Source of the DNA: an uncultured Eubacteriales bacterium
Lineage (GTDB): Bacteria; Acidobacteriota; Aminicenantia; Aminicenantales; UBA8522
Length of the DNA: 64,000 bases
Assembly: GCA_964558915.1 (NCBI GenBank)
Contig: CAZLFV010000004.1
Span: 643 to 64,642, forward strand
Reading direction: 5' to 3'
Positions 18,171 to 26,337 of this stretch are shown one piece after another (the first letter of the stretch is position 1; every line of letters starts with the position of its first letter). The notes beneath the pieces were generated by a model, which made no database searches, was not told where the DNA came from, and saw only the letters and a program-made list of their open reading frames with translations. The translations under genes were made by a program, and so were the position numbers.

Positions 18171-18296
18171 GGTTGGGAGGGATGCCGACCCTTGCCCCCA
18201 ACCCCGGGGAACCAGTCCCGTCGGTTCCCCCCGTCGGAAAAAACCGACGGGTCCCCCTTCCGCTACGGGGGCTCAGGGTCGGCATCCCTCCCAACC
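18171..18296. repeat. 126-nt near-perfect palindromic element (22-bp perfect terminal inverted repeats plus nested hairpins)
   Basis: GGTTGGGAGGGATGCCGACCCT (18171-18192) is the exact reverse complement of 18275-18296. The stem continues GCCCCC (18194-18199) / GGGGGC (18267-18272). Inner hairpins are GGAACC-N9-GGTTCC (18208-18228) and CCCGTCGG-AAAAAA-CCGACGGG (18230-18251). CCCGTCGG is duplicated at 18217-18224. Confidence 0.85.
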
Positions 18297-18456
18297 AATA
18301 TGAACTGCCGTTTTAATTAGTGGCCTCACCCTCCTTACTTTTTGCTATTGACTCTTCTGATCATCGCACTGATATCACGGAAACGGCGAAGTATTTGCAC
18401 CAGCGGTTTCGCTTTACCTCAACCGGCCGTTATGCTATAAATAGCTCTCAACAAAA

Positions 18457-19137
18457 ATGAATTTCGTTATGTTGGTTATTAGCCTGTTCGTCCTGCTGTT
18501 TGCGATCACGATTCACGAGGCTGCGCACGGCTGGGCAGCGTACAAATTCGGCGACTATACGGCCTATAGCATGGGGCGGGTGACCTTGAACCCTCTCGCC
18601 CATATCGACCCGATCGGGACGATCCTCCTACCGCTCCTGCTTGTAATTATGGGCGCGCCCGCCTTCGGCTGGGCCAAGCCCGTCCCCGTCAACCCGCTGA
18701 ACCTGAGAAACCCGCGCCGCGACGGACTCTGGGTTTCCGCCGCCGGCCCTGCCTCTAACCTCACGGTCGCCGGCTTGTCCCTTCTGGCCATCGTCTCGCT
18801 CAAAATGATCAGCCCCGGAGTAACACTATTCTTGAGGAATTTCCTTCTGGGCCGGGGATCCCTCCCCCAGGGATTTTACCCGCTGGAAGGCCTCGCTCTG
18901 GTTCTCTTCTATGGCGTTCTCGTCAACACCTACCTTGCCGTCTTCAACCTCATTCCGGTGCCACCGCTGGACGGAAGCGGTGTTCTTATGGGCGTTCTTC
19001 CTGATGAAGCGGCCCAAAAATATGACCGGATCCGGCCGTTCGGATTCCTGATCGTGTTGGGCTTGATATATATCGGCCTTCTGCAGGCTATTGTCCGGCC
19101 GATCCAGATTTTGATCCTGACGATCATCTTTATTTAA
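18457..19137 (+). CDS. M50-family (site-2 protease-like) membrane metalloprotease
   Basis: 226 aa polytopic protein. HEAAHGW (HEXXH) in TM1 and NLIPVPPLDGSG as the second zinc-ligand motif. Confidence 0.85.
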   Translation: MNFVMLVISLFVLLFAITIHEAAHGWAAYKFGDYTAYSMGRVTLNPLAHIDPIGTILLPLLLVIMGAPAFGWAKPVPVNPLNLRNPRRDGLWVSAAGPASNLTVAGLSLLAIVSLKMISPGVTLFLRNFLLGRGSLPQGFYPLEGLALVLFYGVLVNTYLAVFNLIPVPPLDGSGVLMGVLPDEAAQKYDRIRPFGFLIVLGLIYIGLLQAIVRPIQILILTIIFI

Positions 19138-19140
19138 ATC

Positions 19141-20133
19141 ATGAGCAGAAACAAAAAAAAGATCGTCTTCAGCGGAGTCAGGCCCACAGGCCCGGCTCAT
19201 CTGGGAAACTATGCCGGAGCAATGCGAAACTGGCTTCTCCTCCAGGAGAAGTACCGCTGCTTTTATTGCATCGTCACCTGGCACGCCCTGAGCTCCGAAT
19301 ACCAGAGCTCCAAGGTTCTCAAAGAGTACATCTTCGAAATGGCCGTTGACCTCCTGAGCATCGGTCTGGACCCGCAGCGGTGCGTGATTTTCGACCAGTC
19401 CGAAGTTAAGGAGCACGCCGAGCTCCATCTCCTCTTTTCTATGATTACTCCTCTGCCCTGGGTCGAGAGAGTCCCCACTTTTAAAGACATGCAGAAGGAG
19501 TTGGCCGACAAAGATATCAATACCTATGGCTACCTTGGATATCCCGTGCTGCAGACTGCCGATATTCTCCTCTACAAAGCGGATATTGTTCCGGTGGGAG
19601 AAGATCAGGAAGCTCATCTCGAGCTCGCTCGCGAGATTACACGCCGCTTCAATCGCCTGTTCGGCGAAGTATTCCCCGAGCCCCAGACCCTTCTCACCGA
19701 GACGCCCCGGCTGGCGGGAACCGACGGCCGGAAAATGAGCAAGTCCTTTGGAAACGCGATTTACCTCAAAGATCCCCCCGACGTGATTCGAGAAAAAATA
19801 TCCACCATGGTGACCGACACGAGGCGCAAACGGAGGTCTGACCCGGGAGAACCGGCGGAGTGCCCGGTTTTCACTCTGCACAACGCCTTCGTCGATAAAG
19901 AAGAACGCCAAAGACTGTCTCAGGGCTGCCGCGCCGCCAGCATTGGCTGCCTCGAATGCAAATCTGTCGTTATTAACAGACTAATCCAGCACTTCACTCC
20001 CTACTGGAAGAAGAGGGCCGGGTTCGAGAAAAAACCGGCTCTCGTGTGGGAAACGCTGGAGAGAGGAAACAAGCGGGCTCGCAAAGTTGCCCAAGAAACG
20101 ATGGAGGAAGTGAGGGCGGCCATCGGAGTTTAG
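19141..20133 (+). CDS. trpS: tryptophan--tRNA ligase
   Basis: 330 aa. Class I signatures (PTGPAHLGNY as the HIGH-like motif, KMSKS). Length and overall pattern fit TrpRS. Confidence 0.95.
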   Translation: MSRNKKKIVFSGVRPTGPAHLGNYAGAMRNWLLLQEKYRCFYCIVTWHALSSEYQSSKVLKEYIFEMAVDLLSIGLDPQRCVIFDQSEVKEHAELHLLFSMITPLPWVERVPTFKDMQKELADKDINTYGYLGYPVLQTADILLYKADIVPVGEDQEAHLELAREITRRFNRLFGEVFPEPQTLLTETPRLAGTDGRKMSKSFGNAIYLKDPPDVIREKISTMVTDTRRKRRSDPGEPAECPVFTLHNAFVDKEERQRLSQGCRAASIGCLECKSVVINRLIQHFTPYWKKRAGFEKKPALVWETLERGNKRARKVAQETMEEVRAAIGV

Positions 20134-20158
20134 ATGGAGTGCGCCTTCTCAGGATGGC

Positions 20159-20899
20159 ATGGAGATATCAGAAAGTTACCAGGTCCGGCTGGAGGTGTTT
20201 GAAGGGCCCCTTGACCTTCTGCTTTTCCTGATCCGCAAGAAAAAAATCGATATCCACAATATTCCCATCGCCGTCATTACCCGGGAATACGTGGATTACC
20301 TCGAGCACAAGGACATCATTAACATCGACCGGGAAGCGGAATTTCTGCTCATGGCCGCGCTCCTCATCCACATCAAATCGCAGATGCTCCTTCCGCGCGA
20401 AGAGCCTTTAGAGGGAGAGGAAGACCCCCGCCGTTTTCTGGTCAACCAGCTCGTGGAGTATCAGAAAATCCGAGCAGCTTGCACCCTCCTGAAAGAAAAA
20501 GAGGAGGAGCAGTCATCCTTCTGGAAAAGAGAATCATTTCCGTATCTCCTCGAACCCGAGGAGACCGAGCTGGTCGAGGTCTCTCTTTTTGACCTGGCCG
20601 AGACTTTTTTCATCCTGATGAAACGCAAGGAGGCAGAAAATTTCAAGGTCATGAGGGGAAAGAGTTATTCCCTGGAAAACAAGATGAAGGAGATCATCTC
20701 CGTACTCGAAGAGCAGTCGGTCCTGGACTTTCTGGAATATTTCAGCCAGCAGGAAACCCTCGAAGAAGCCATCGTTTCGTTCTTCAGCCTCCTCGAGCTT
20801 ATTAAAGCCAGGCTGGTTATGGCCGTGCAGGAACGCCTGTTCCATTCCATCAAAGTCTGGCTGCGCCGAGACCTCAGGGAGCCGCTGGCGAGGAAATAG
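20159..20899 (+). CDS. scpA: segregation and condensation protein A
   Basis: 246 aa. The N-terminus VFEGPLDLLLFLIRKKKIDIHNIPIA is characteristic of ScpA. Followed by scpB. Confidence 0.88.
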   Translation: MEISESYQVRLEVFEGPLDLLLFLIRKKKIDIHNIPIAVITREYVDYLEHKDIINIDREAEFLLMAALLIHIKSQMLLPREEPLEGEEDPRRFLVNQLVEYQKIRAACTLLKEKEEEQSSFWKRESFPYLLEPEETELVEVSLFDLAETFFILMKRKEAENFKVMRGKSYSLENKMKEIISVLEEQSVLDFLEYFSQQETLEEAIVSFFSLLELIKARLVMAVQERLFHSIKVWLRRDLREPLARK

Positions 20900-20901
20900 A
20901 C

Positions 20902-21453
20902 ATGACACCTGCCTTGAAAGACATCATCGAGGCCCTGATTTTCATCTCCCTGGAGCCGCTTACGCTCGAGAAGATCAAAGAGGTCCTGACCGACTTCCCC
21001 GGGGCCGAGGTCGATTCGTCCCTCAAGGAGTTGCTCCAGGACTACGCCGCTTCGGCAAAAGGGATCCAGATCATTCAGACCGCGGGAGGCTATGTTTTTA
21101 CCACCAGACCCGAATTTGACTCCTGGGTGAGGCGACTACTCAAGATCGACCGAAAGAGCCGGCTCTCGTCGGCGGCGCTCGAAACATTGTCCGTCATCGC
21201 CTACCATCAGCCCATCACCCTGTCAGAAATCTCGGCGCTCCGAAACGTCGACTCCTCTTACACTCTCAAGACGCTGCTCCAAAAAAAGCTCATCAAGATT
21301 GTCGGCAGAAAAAGCAGCCCGGGAAAGCCCCTTATCTACAGGACAACCGAAAGATTCCTGGCTTATTTCGGGCTGAATAGCTTGGAGGACCTCCCGACCG
21401 AAGAAGAGATCTCCAAAATCCTCGGAGAGGACAGGAATTTTGAACAGAAATAA
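20902..21453 (+). CDS. scpB: segregation and condensation protein B
   Basis: 183 aa. IEALIFISLEPLTLEKI and the winged-helix repeats are typical of ScpB. Confidence 0.88.
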   Translation: MTPALKDIIEALIFISLEPLTLEKIKEVLTDFPGAEVDSSLKELLQDYAASAKGIQIIQTAGGYVFTTRPEFDSWVRRLLKIDRKSRLSSAALETLSVIAYHQPITLSEISALRNVDSSYTLKTLLQKKLIKIVGRKSSPGKPLIYRTTERFLAYFGLNSLEDLPTEEEISKILGEDRNFEQK

Positions 21454-23161
21454 AAGAGCCATTGTTGGAGCCGCATCCATCTTTTTTTTGCTCGCCTTTT
21501 CCCGAAGCCCAGACGTCATAAAGGAGGAGGCTTCCTCAAGCCGTCACGCCCCGTCCAACTTTCTGGGCCGCCGCGCTATGGTCGTGGCCGCCCACCCTCT
21601 GGCTGTTGATGCCGGGCTGAGAATGCTCAAAAGCGGAGGGAATGCTGTGGACGCAGCCATTGCCGTGGCAGTCACCTTGAATGCGGCCGAGCCGTTCGCT
21701 TCCGGAATGGGAGGCGGAGGGTTCATGGTCATCCACCTCGCCAAGGAAAAACGGACGACAGTGATCAATTTCAGGGAAAAGGCTCCCCATGCCGCCTCCC
21801 CCCTGATGTTCAAAGAGAAGGGTGACGCCGAAAATGAATGGCGGACCTCAACGGGTCTAGCCGTAGCCGTGCCCGGAGCGCTGGCAGGCTGGCACCTAGC
21901 CCTCCGCCGCTACGGGACTCGCTCTTTTGCCGACGTCGCCTCCAGAGCCGTCGAGATCGCCGAGCAGGGCCTCGTAATCAGCCAGACATTCAGCAATATT
22001 AATAAGGAAGAGTACGAACGGCTGGCCAAGAACGCCGGCCCGGGGAACTGTTATCTGAATGGGGGACTCCCTTATGAGCCCGGAGATGTTCTTCGCAACC
22101 CCGACCTTGCCCGAACCCTGAAGCTCATCGCCTCCAAGGGAGTGGAAGAATTCTATCAAGGAGACCTGGCCAAAAAAATCGTGGCCGCGGTCCAAGCCCA
22201 CCAAGGGATCATGACGCTCGAAGACCTTGCTGCTTACAAACCAACGGAGACCTCCCCGCTCGTGGGAACATACAAGAACTGCACGGTCATGACAGCGCCT
22301 CCGCCCGCATCAGGGGGGCTTCAGCTCCTTCAACTCCTCAACATCAGCGCAAACTGGCCGGTGAAAAAATGGGGTCAGAATTCCCTGGCTACAATCCATC
22401 ACCTGAGCGAAGCCATGCGTTTTATTTTCGCCGACCGAGGGAGATACCTTGGCGATCCTGATGACGTGGGCATTCCCGTTCAAAGCCTTCTGGCCAAGGA
22501 CTATGCTGAGGCGCTCGCCTCAAGAATTCTTCCCGACCGTCCGCTGGATGACTATCCGTCCAGCATATTTGAGGAAAAAAAGGCCAAAAAAGATAACACA
22601 ACCCACCTGTGCGTTATGGATCAAGAGGGGAACGTCGTCTCACTGACTCAATCGATTAACGACTTCTTCGGGACGGGGATTGTGCCCGAAGGCACGGGCT
22701 TTCTCCTGAATGACCACATGGATGATTTTTCCTCTGACCCGGAATCGCCGAATGCTCCGGGGCCGGGCCGGCGGCCTCTGAGCTCCATGGCGCCGCTCAT
22801 CATGTTCAAGGAAGGAAAATTCTTTCTGGCCTTGGGATCGCCCGGAGGGACACGGATCTTCGCCGCCCTCGGCGAAATCATCCTTAACGTTACCGAATTT
22901 GGAATGTCCCTGGATGACGCCATCGAAGCGCCCCGGTTTTTCAGCTATTCGGTAAGGGGGAAACCCAGGCCAGTTTTTGTCGAGTCCAGGATTCCGCAGT
23001 CGACGCTCTTGGAACTCCAGAAGATGGGCTATCAGGTCGAAGTCAGGGAGGCCTACGACAAGTATTTTGGCGGCGCTCAAGGGCTTATGGTCGTGAAAAA
23101 AGGGAAGCTGATCCTCGGAGGGGCGGACTCCCGGCGCGACGGGTCAGGAGCAGGCTATTAA
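21440..23161 (+). CDS. ggt: gamma-glutamyltransferase
   Basis: 573 aa. Signal peptide. Autoprocessing/catalytic Thr context KDNTTHLCVMDQEGNVVSLTQSIN. GGGGF and SSMAP motifs. Confidence 0.93.
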   Translation: MNRNKRAIVGAASIFFLLAFSRSPDVIKEEASSSRHAPSNFLGRRAMVVAAHPLAVDAGLRMLKSGGNAVDAAIAVAVTLNAAEPFASGMGGGGFMVIHLAKEKRTTVINFREKAPHAASPLMFKEKGDAENEWRTSTGLAVAVPGALAGWHLALRRYGTRSFADVASRAVEIAEQGLVISQTFSNINKEEYERLAKNAGPGNCYLNGGLPYEPGDVLRNPDLARTLKLIASKGVEEFYQGDLAKKIVAAVQAHQGIMTLEDLAAYKPTETSPLVGTYKNCTVMTAPPPASGGLQLLQLLNISANWPVKKWGQNSLATIHHLSEAMRFIFADRGRYLGDPDDVGIPVQSLLAKDYAEALASRILPDRPLDDYPSSIFEEKKAKKDNTTHLCVMDQEGNVVSLTQSINDFFGTGIVPEGTGFLLNDHMDDFSSDPESPNAPGPGRRPLSSMAPLIMFKEGKFFLALGSPGGTRIFAALGEIILNVTEFGMSLDDAIEAPRFFSYSVRGKPRPVFVESRIPQSTLLELQKMGYQVEVREAYDKYFGGAQGLMVVKKGKLILGGADSRRDGSGAGY

Positions 23162-23189
23162 GAAATTTGAATAAGGAAAGGATATTACC

Positions 23190-23753
23190 ATGAAAAACAA
23201 GTCGTGGGTTCTCATTACTTCTCTGGCAGTCTTAAGCTCTTTCGCCTCAGCTGCCCTTTGGAGCGAAGAAGTCAAAGCGGTTTTCGAGCAGCCGCTCCTT
23301 GTCACATCCGCGGGACAGAATGCCGAGGTTCAGATCCTCGCGGTCCTGGCCAAAAGGGCTGGCCTAGAATATTCTCTTGCCAAGCTTGCCGCCGCCAAAG
23401 ATCTGGACAATATGAAGACGCTCGCTCTTGTCTTGGGGACGAGCCTGAAGGGATTGGGCGCAGCCGGCCTGGATATGGACAAGGAAAGAGACAGGGTGAC
23501 TGCGCTTGTTGCCGAAGCTCAGAAAAGGAACATCCCCCTTCTCTGTCTTCATCTGGGTGGAGAGAACCGCCGGGGCCAGCAGACCGACGAACTCATTACG
23601 GCCTTGTTGCCGTTGGCCAGGATGGCGATCGTCGTTAGATCGGGAAACATTGACGGCATTTTTACAAAGATCTGCCAGGAGAAAAACATCCCGCTCATAG
23701 AGGTAGAAAAAACTGCGGATGCCCTCGATCCTCTTCAGAAAGCCTTCAGATGA
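23190..23753 (+). CDS. hypothetical secreted alpha/beta protein
   Basis: 187 aa. Sec signal (LAVLSSFASAAL). The alternating beta-alpha pattern (LLVTSAGQNAEVQILAVLAKRAG.., IPLLCLHLGG) suggests a Rossmann/flavodoxin-like fold. No family I can name with confidence. Confidence 0.6.
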   Translation: MKNKSWVLITSLAVLSSFASAALWSEEVKAVFEQPLLVTSAGQNAEVQILAVLAKRAGLEYSLAKLAAAKDLDNMKTLALVLGTSLKGLGAAGLDMDKERDRVTALVAEAQKRNIPLLCLHLGGENRRGQQTDELITALLPLARMAIVVRSGNIDGIFTKICQEKNIPLIEVEKTADALDPLQKAFR

Positions 23754-23765
23754 AAAAGTGAATAT

Positions 23766-25034
23766 ATGCCCGAGTATCTGGTTTTTCTCTTCATGGTGGC
23801 CGTCTTCGTGCTCCTGGCCATGGCGGCGAAATTTCCGATCGGAATATCGCTCGCATTATCCGCTCTAGCAGGCTCCGTTCTTGCTGGCGAAGGCCTGAGC
23901 CTGCGCCATCTCATCGAAGGAGCGTTCGGTTATTTCGACATCATCCTCATCATCCTGACGGCGACGTTGTTCATCAAGGTCCTCGAAGCCTCGGGCATTC
24001 TGGACAGCGTGACGGCCTGGCTGCTCAAGACCTTTTACAGGAGCAAATCTCTGCTCCTTCTCACGGTCATGTTCCTTCTCATGTTCCCGGGAATGCTGAC
24101 GGGCTCGTCAACTGCGGCCATCCTCAGCTCCGGCCCGCTCATCGCCCCGGTGATGATGAAGCTGGGCCTGCCACGGCTTAAAACCGGCGCACTCGTAGCC
24201 ATGGGAGGAATTCTGGGGATGATTGCCCCTCCGGTAAATATTCTTGTCATGATCATGGGCTCCGGAGTGGATATGCCCTATGTGGGCGTTACTCTTCCTC
24301 TGTTGATCGTCGTCATTCCCTTGGCGGTTATCATCCCCCTGGTCATTGGCTACAAAGACCTGAAGGTCATCCCGCGCGAGGAGATGATGGCCATCCTGCC
24401 CGCATCTCTCTGGCCCAAGTATGGCGTCCGGCTTTACCTGCCGCTTCTCGTGCTTTTGCTGCTACTCATCGCTCCCGGCGTTTCTGGCGGGAGGATTCCC
24501 GATATCGGCATCCCAGCCGCTTTCATGGCCTCAAGCCTGGTGGGTGGGTTTTGCGGCCGGCCGTTCAACCTGCTCAAAATCACCCAAAAAGCGATAGAGG
24601 AAGCGATGCCCATCCTCGCCATCCTGGCCGGTGTGGGGATGTTTCTCCAGATCATGACTCTGACGGGCGCCAGAGGATGGACGGTCATGTCAATTCTCTC
24701 GCTGCCGTCGTTTCTTCTTTATCTCGGGATCGCCCTCAGCCTGCCTGCTTTCGGCGGTGTTTCGACCTTCGGCTCTGCTTCTATTCTAGGCATCCCATTC
24801 ATCCTGGCATTGATCAATAAGAATGCCGTGCTGACGACTGCCGCGCTTTCCGCGATCGCCGGACTGGGCGAACTCGTTCCTCCGGCCGCCATCTCCGGCC
24901 GTTTCTCCGCTCAGGTCGTGGGCGAAGGGAATTTTTTTAAGGTATTGCGGTATTGCCTTGTTCCTGCTCTTCTCGAGATGGCCGCAGGAATCGCCATGTT
25001 GCTTCTTGCGCCCGTGTTGGATAAATTGATTTAG
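23766..25034 (+). CDS. DctM-type (TRAP large subunit-like) permease
   Basis: 422 aa, about 12 TM. N-terminus ..LAMAAKFPIGISLALSALAGSVLAG and the overall pattern match the DctM / IT-superfamily. No dctP or dctQ gene is adjacent. Confidence 0.8.
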   Translation: MPEYLVFLFMVAVFVLLAMAAKFPIGISLALSALAGSVLAGEGLSLRHLIEGAFGYFDIILIILTATLFIKVLEASGILDSVTAWLLKTFYRSKSLLLLTVMFLLMFPGMLTGSSTAAILSSGPLIAPVMMKLGLPRLKTGALVAMGGILGMIAPPVNILVMIMGSGVDMPYVGVTLPLLIVVIPLAVIIPLVIGYKDLKVIPREEMMAILPASLWPKYGVRLYLPLLVLLLLLIAPGVSGGRIPDIGIPAAFMASSLVGGFCGRPFNLLKITQKAIEEAMPILAILAGVGMFLQIMTLTGARGWTVMSILSLPSFLLYLGIALSLPAFGGVSTFGSASILGIPFILALINKNAVLTTAALSAIAGLGELVPPAAISGRFSAQVVGEGNFFKVLRYCLVPALLEMAAGIAMLLLAPVLDKLI

Positions 25035-25042
25035 AAAAGATA

Positions 25043-25189
25043 ATGATCAGGCTTTTTTATCATCTCATCGTAATGTACCTCAGCCTGCACCTGGTTTGGT
25101 ATATGTTCCGCCAGAGAAAATTCTGGAGCCAGACATCGGCGGTCCTCGTCCTGGTCCTTTTTCTGCTGCGGCTCTTCTGGATCAAGTAA
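25043..25189 (+). CDS. putative 48-aa two-TM membrane micro-protein (not in ORF track)
   Basis: Own translation: MIRLFYHLIVMYLSLHLVWYMFRQRKFWSQTSAVLVLVLFLLRLFWIK. Two hydrophobic helices are split by a basic loop. It starts 8 nt after the permease stop (25034) and ends 3 nt before the next ATG (25193). SD is weak. Confidence 0.35.
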   Translation: MIRLFYHLIVMYLSLHLVWYMFRQRKFWSQTSAVLVLVLFLLRLFWIK

Positions 25190-25192
25190 TTC

Positions 25193-26326
25193 ATGAAAGA
25201 AATAAAAGGAACGCGACTCTCCTCTTTCCTCTTCCTTTTCCTGACAGGAGCTCTCTGTTTTTTCTCCGGCCGGAGCTTTCTGGCCATGCATCAAAAAGAG
25301 CCAGTCTATCCGGGCGCCGGGCTCTCCTCAAAAAAAATGCTCAGCGATTACCTCCCCGCTCTTCAGAACACGCATGGAGATACAGAAGTGTACGTCTTCC
25401 GGGGCAATGAAAAGGGCGGGCATCTGCTGATTATCGGCGGGACTCATCCCAATGAACCTGCGGGGTTCGTCAGCGCCGTTCTTCTCGTCGAGAATATTTC
25501 GGTAAAGCGAGGAAGCGTCTTCATCGTCCCCCGGGCCAACAGCAGCGGGTTCAGCCACAGCGACCCCCAGGAGGGTAACCCCCAGCGGTTCGCCGTTCCC
25601 ACTCCTTCAGGACCACGGCTCTTTCGCCTTGGTTCCCGGCTGACAAACCCTATCGACCAGTGGCCTGACCCGACCGTCTACATCAATCCCGCAGGACAGA
25701 AGCTTTCCGGGAATGAGGTCAGGAACTTAAACCGTTGCTTCCCGGGCAGGGTCAAAGGATACTTAACAGAGAAGATCGCTTGCGGGATCATAGAGCTGAT
25801 CAAGCAGGAAGCAATCGACCTGGGTATCGACCTCCATGAATCGGCTCCAGAATACCCGGTCATCAACGCTATCGTCTTTCACGAAAATAGCGCTGAGCTG
25901 GCGGTGCTGGCGCTCATGCAGCTCCAGAGCGAAGGGATTGAAATCCGCCTCGAGGCTTCCCCCTCCAACCTCCGCGGCCTGAGCCATCGTGAATGGGGCG
26001 ACGAGGCCGGCATCATGGCCGTTTTGCTCGAAACCCCGAATGCCTCCCACGGACGGCTCAAAGGAAAGCCGTCTTCCGACTTGATCGTCGAGGGAAAGGA
26101 TAAGTTTTACACGAAGGCGTCGCAGCTCGGCTGGCTGTTCGTGCCGTTCGGCGAGGAAGGCATTCCCCTCGCCCAAAGGGTTGCCCGTCACCTGGCCGGC
26201 ATGGAGGCCTTAATTTCCAGCTTGAAAGAGCTCGAGCCAGAAAAGGCTGTGGAAGTCGAGAACATCCCGCCCTGGGCCGAGGTTCAAGAAAAAGGAGTCG
26301 GCCCCTTCCTTCATCCTCCCAAATAG
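25193..26326 (+). CDS. succinylglutamate desuccinylase/aspartoacylase-family (M14-like) zinc hydrolase, secreted
   Basis: 377 aa. Signal peptide. IIGGTHPNEPAG zinc-binding H-x-x-E motif and overall AstE/AspA-like pattern. Confidence 0.8.
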   Translation: MKEIKGTRLSSFLFLFLTGALCFFSGRSFLAMHQKEPVYPGAGLSSKKMLSDYLPALQNTHGDTEVYVFRGNEKGGHLLIIGGTHPNEPAGFVSAVLLVENISVKRGSVFIVPRANSSGFSHSDPQEGNPQRFAVPTPSGPRLFRLGSRLTNPIDQWPDPTVYINPAGQKLSGNEVRNLNRCFPGRVKGYLTEKIACGIIELIKQEAIDLGIDLHESAPEYPVINAIVFHENSAELAVLALMQLQSEGIEIRLEASPSNLRGLSHREWGDEAGIMAVLLETPNASHGRLKGKPSSDLIVEGKDKFYTKASQLGWLFVPFGEEGIPLAQRVARHLAGMEALISSLKELEPEKAVEVENIPPWAEVQEKGVGPFLHPPK

Positions 26327-26337
26327 GAAGGGGACGG

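Noticed and set aside
18090-18320. 76-aa and 66-aa ORFs across the glnA-downstream palindrome
   Set aside because: They are Pro/Gly-rich translations of the GC-rich inverted repeat. Both arms read as mirror peptides, which is explained by DNA/RNA structure rather than coding.
18826-19911. 361-aa minus-strand ORF
   Set aside because: It is antisense to the 3' end of the M50 protease gene and most of trpS, both strongly supported. No recognisable domain.
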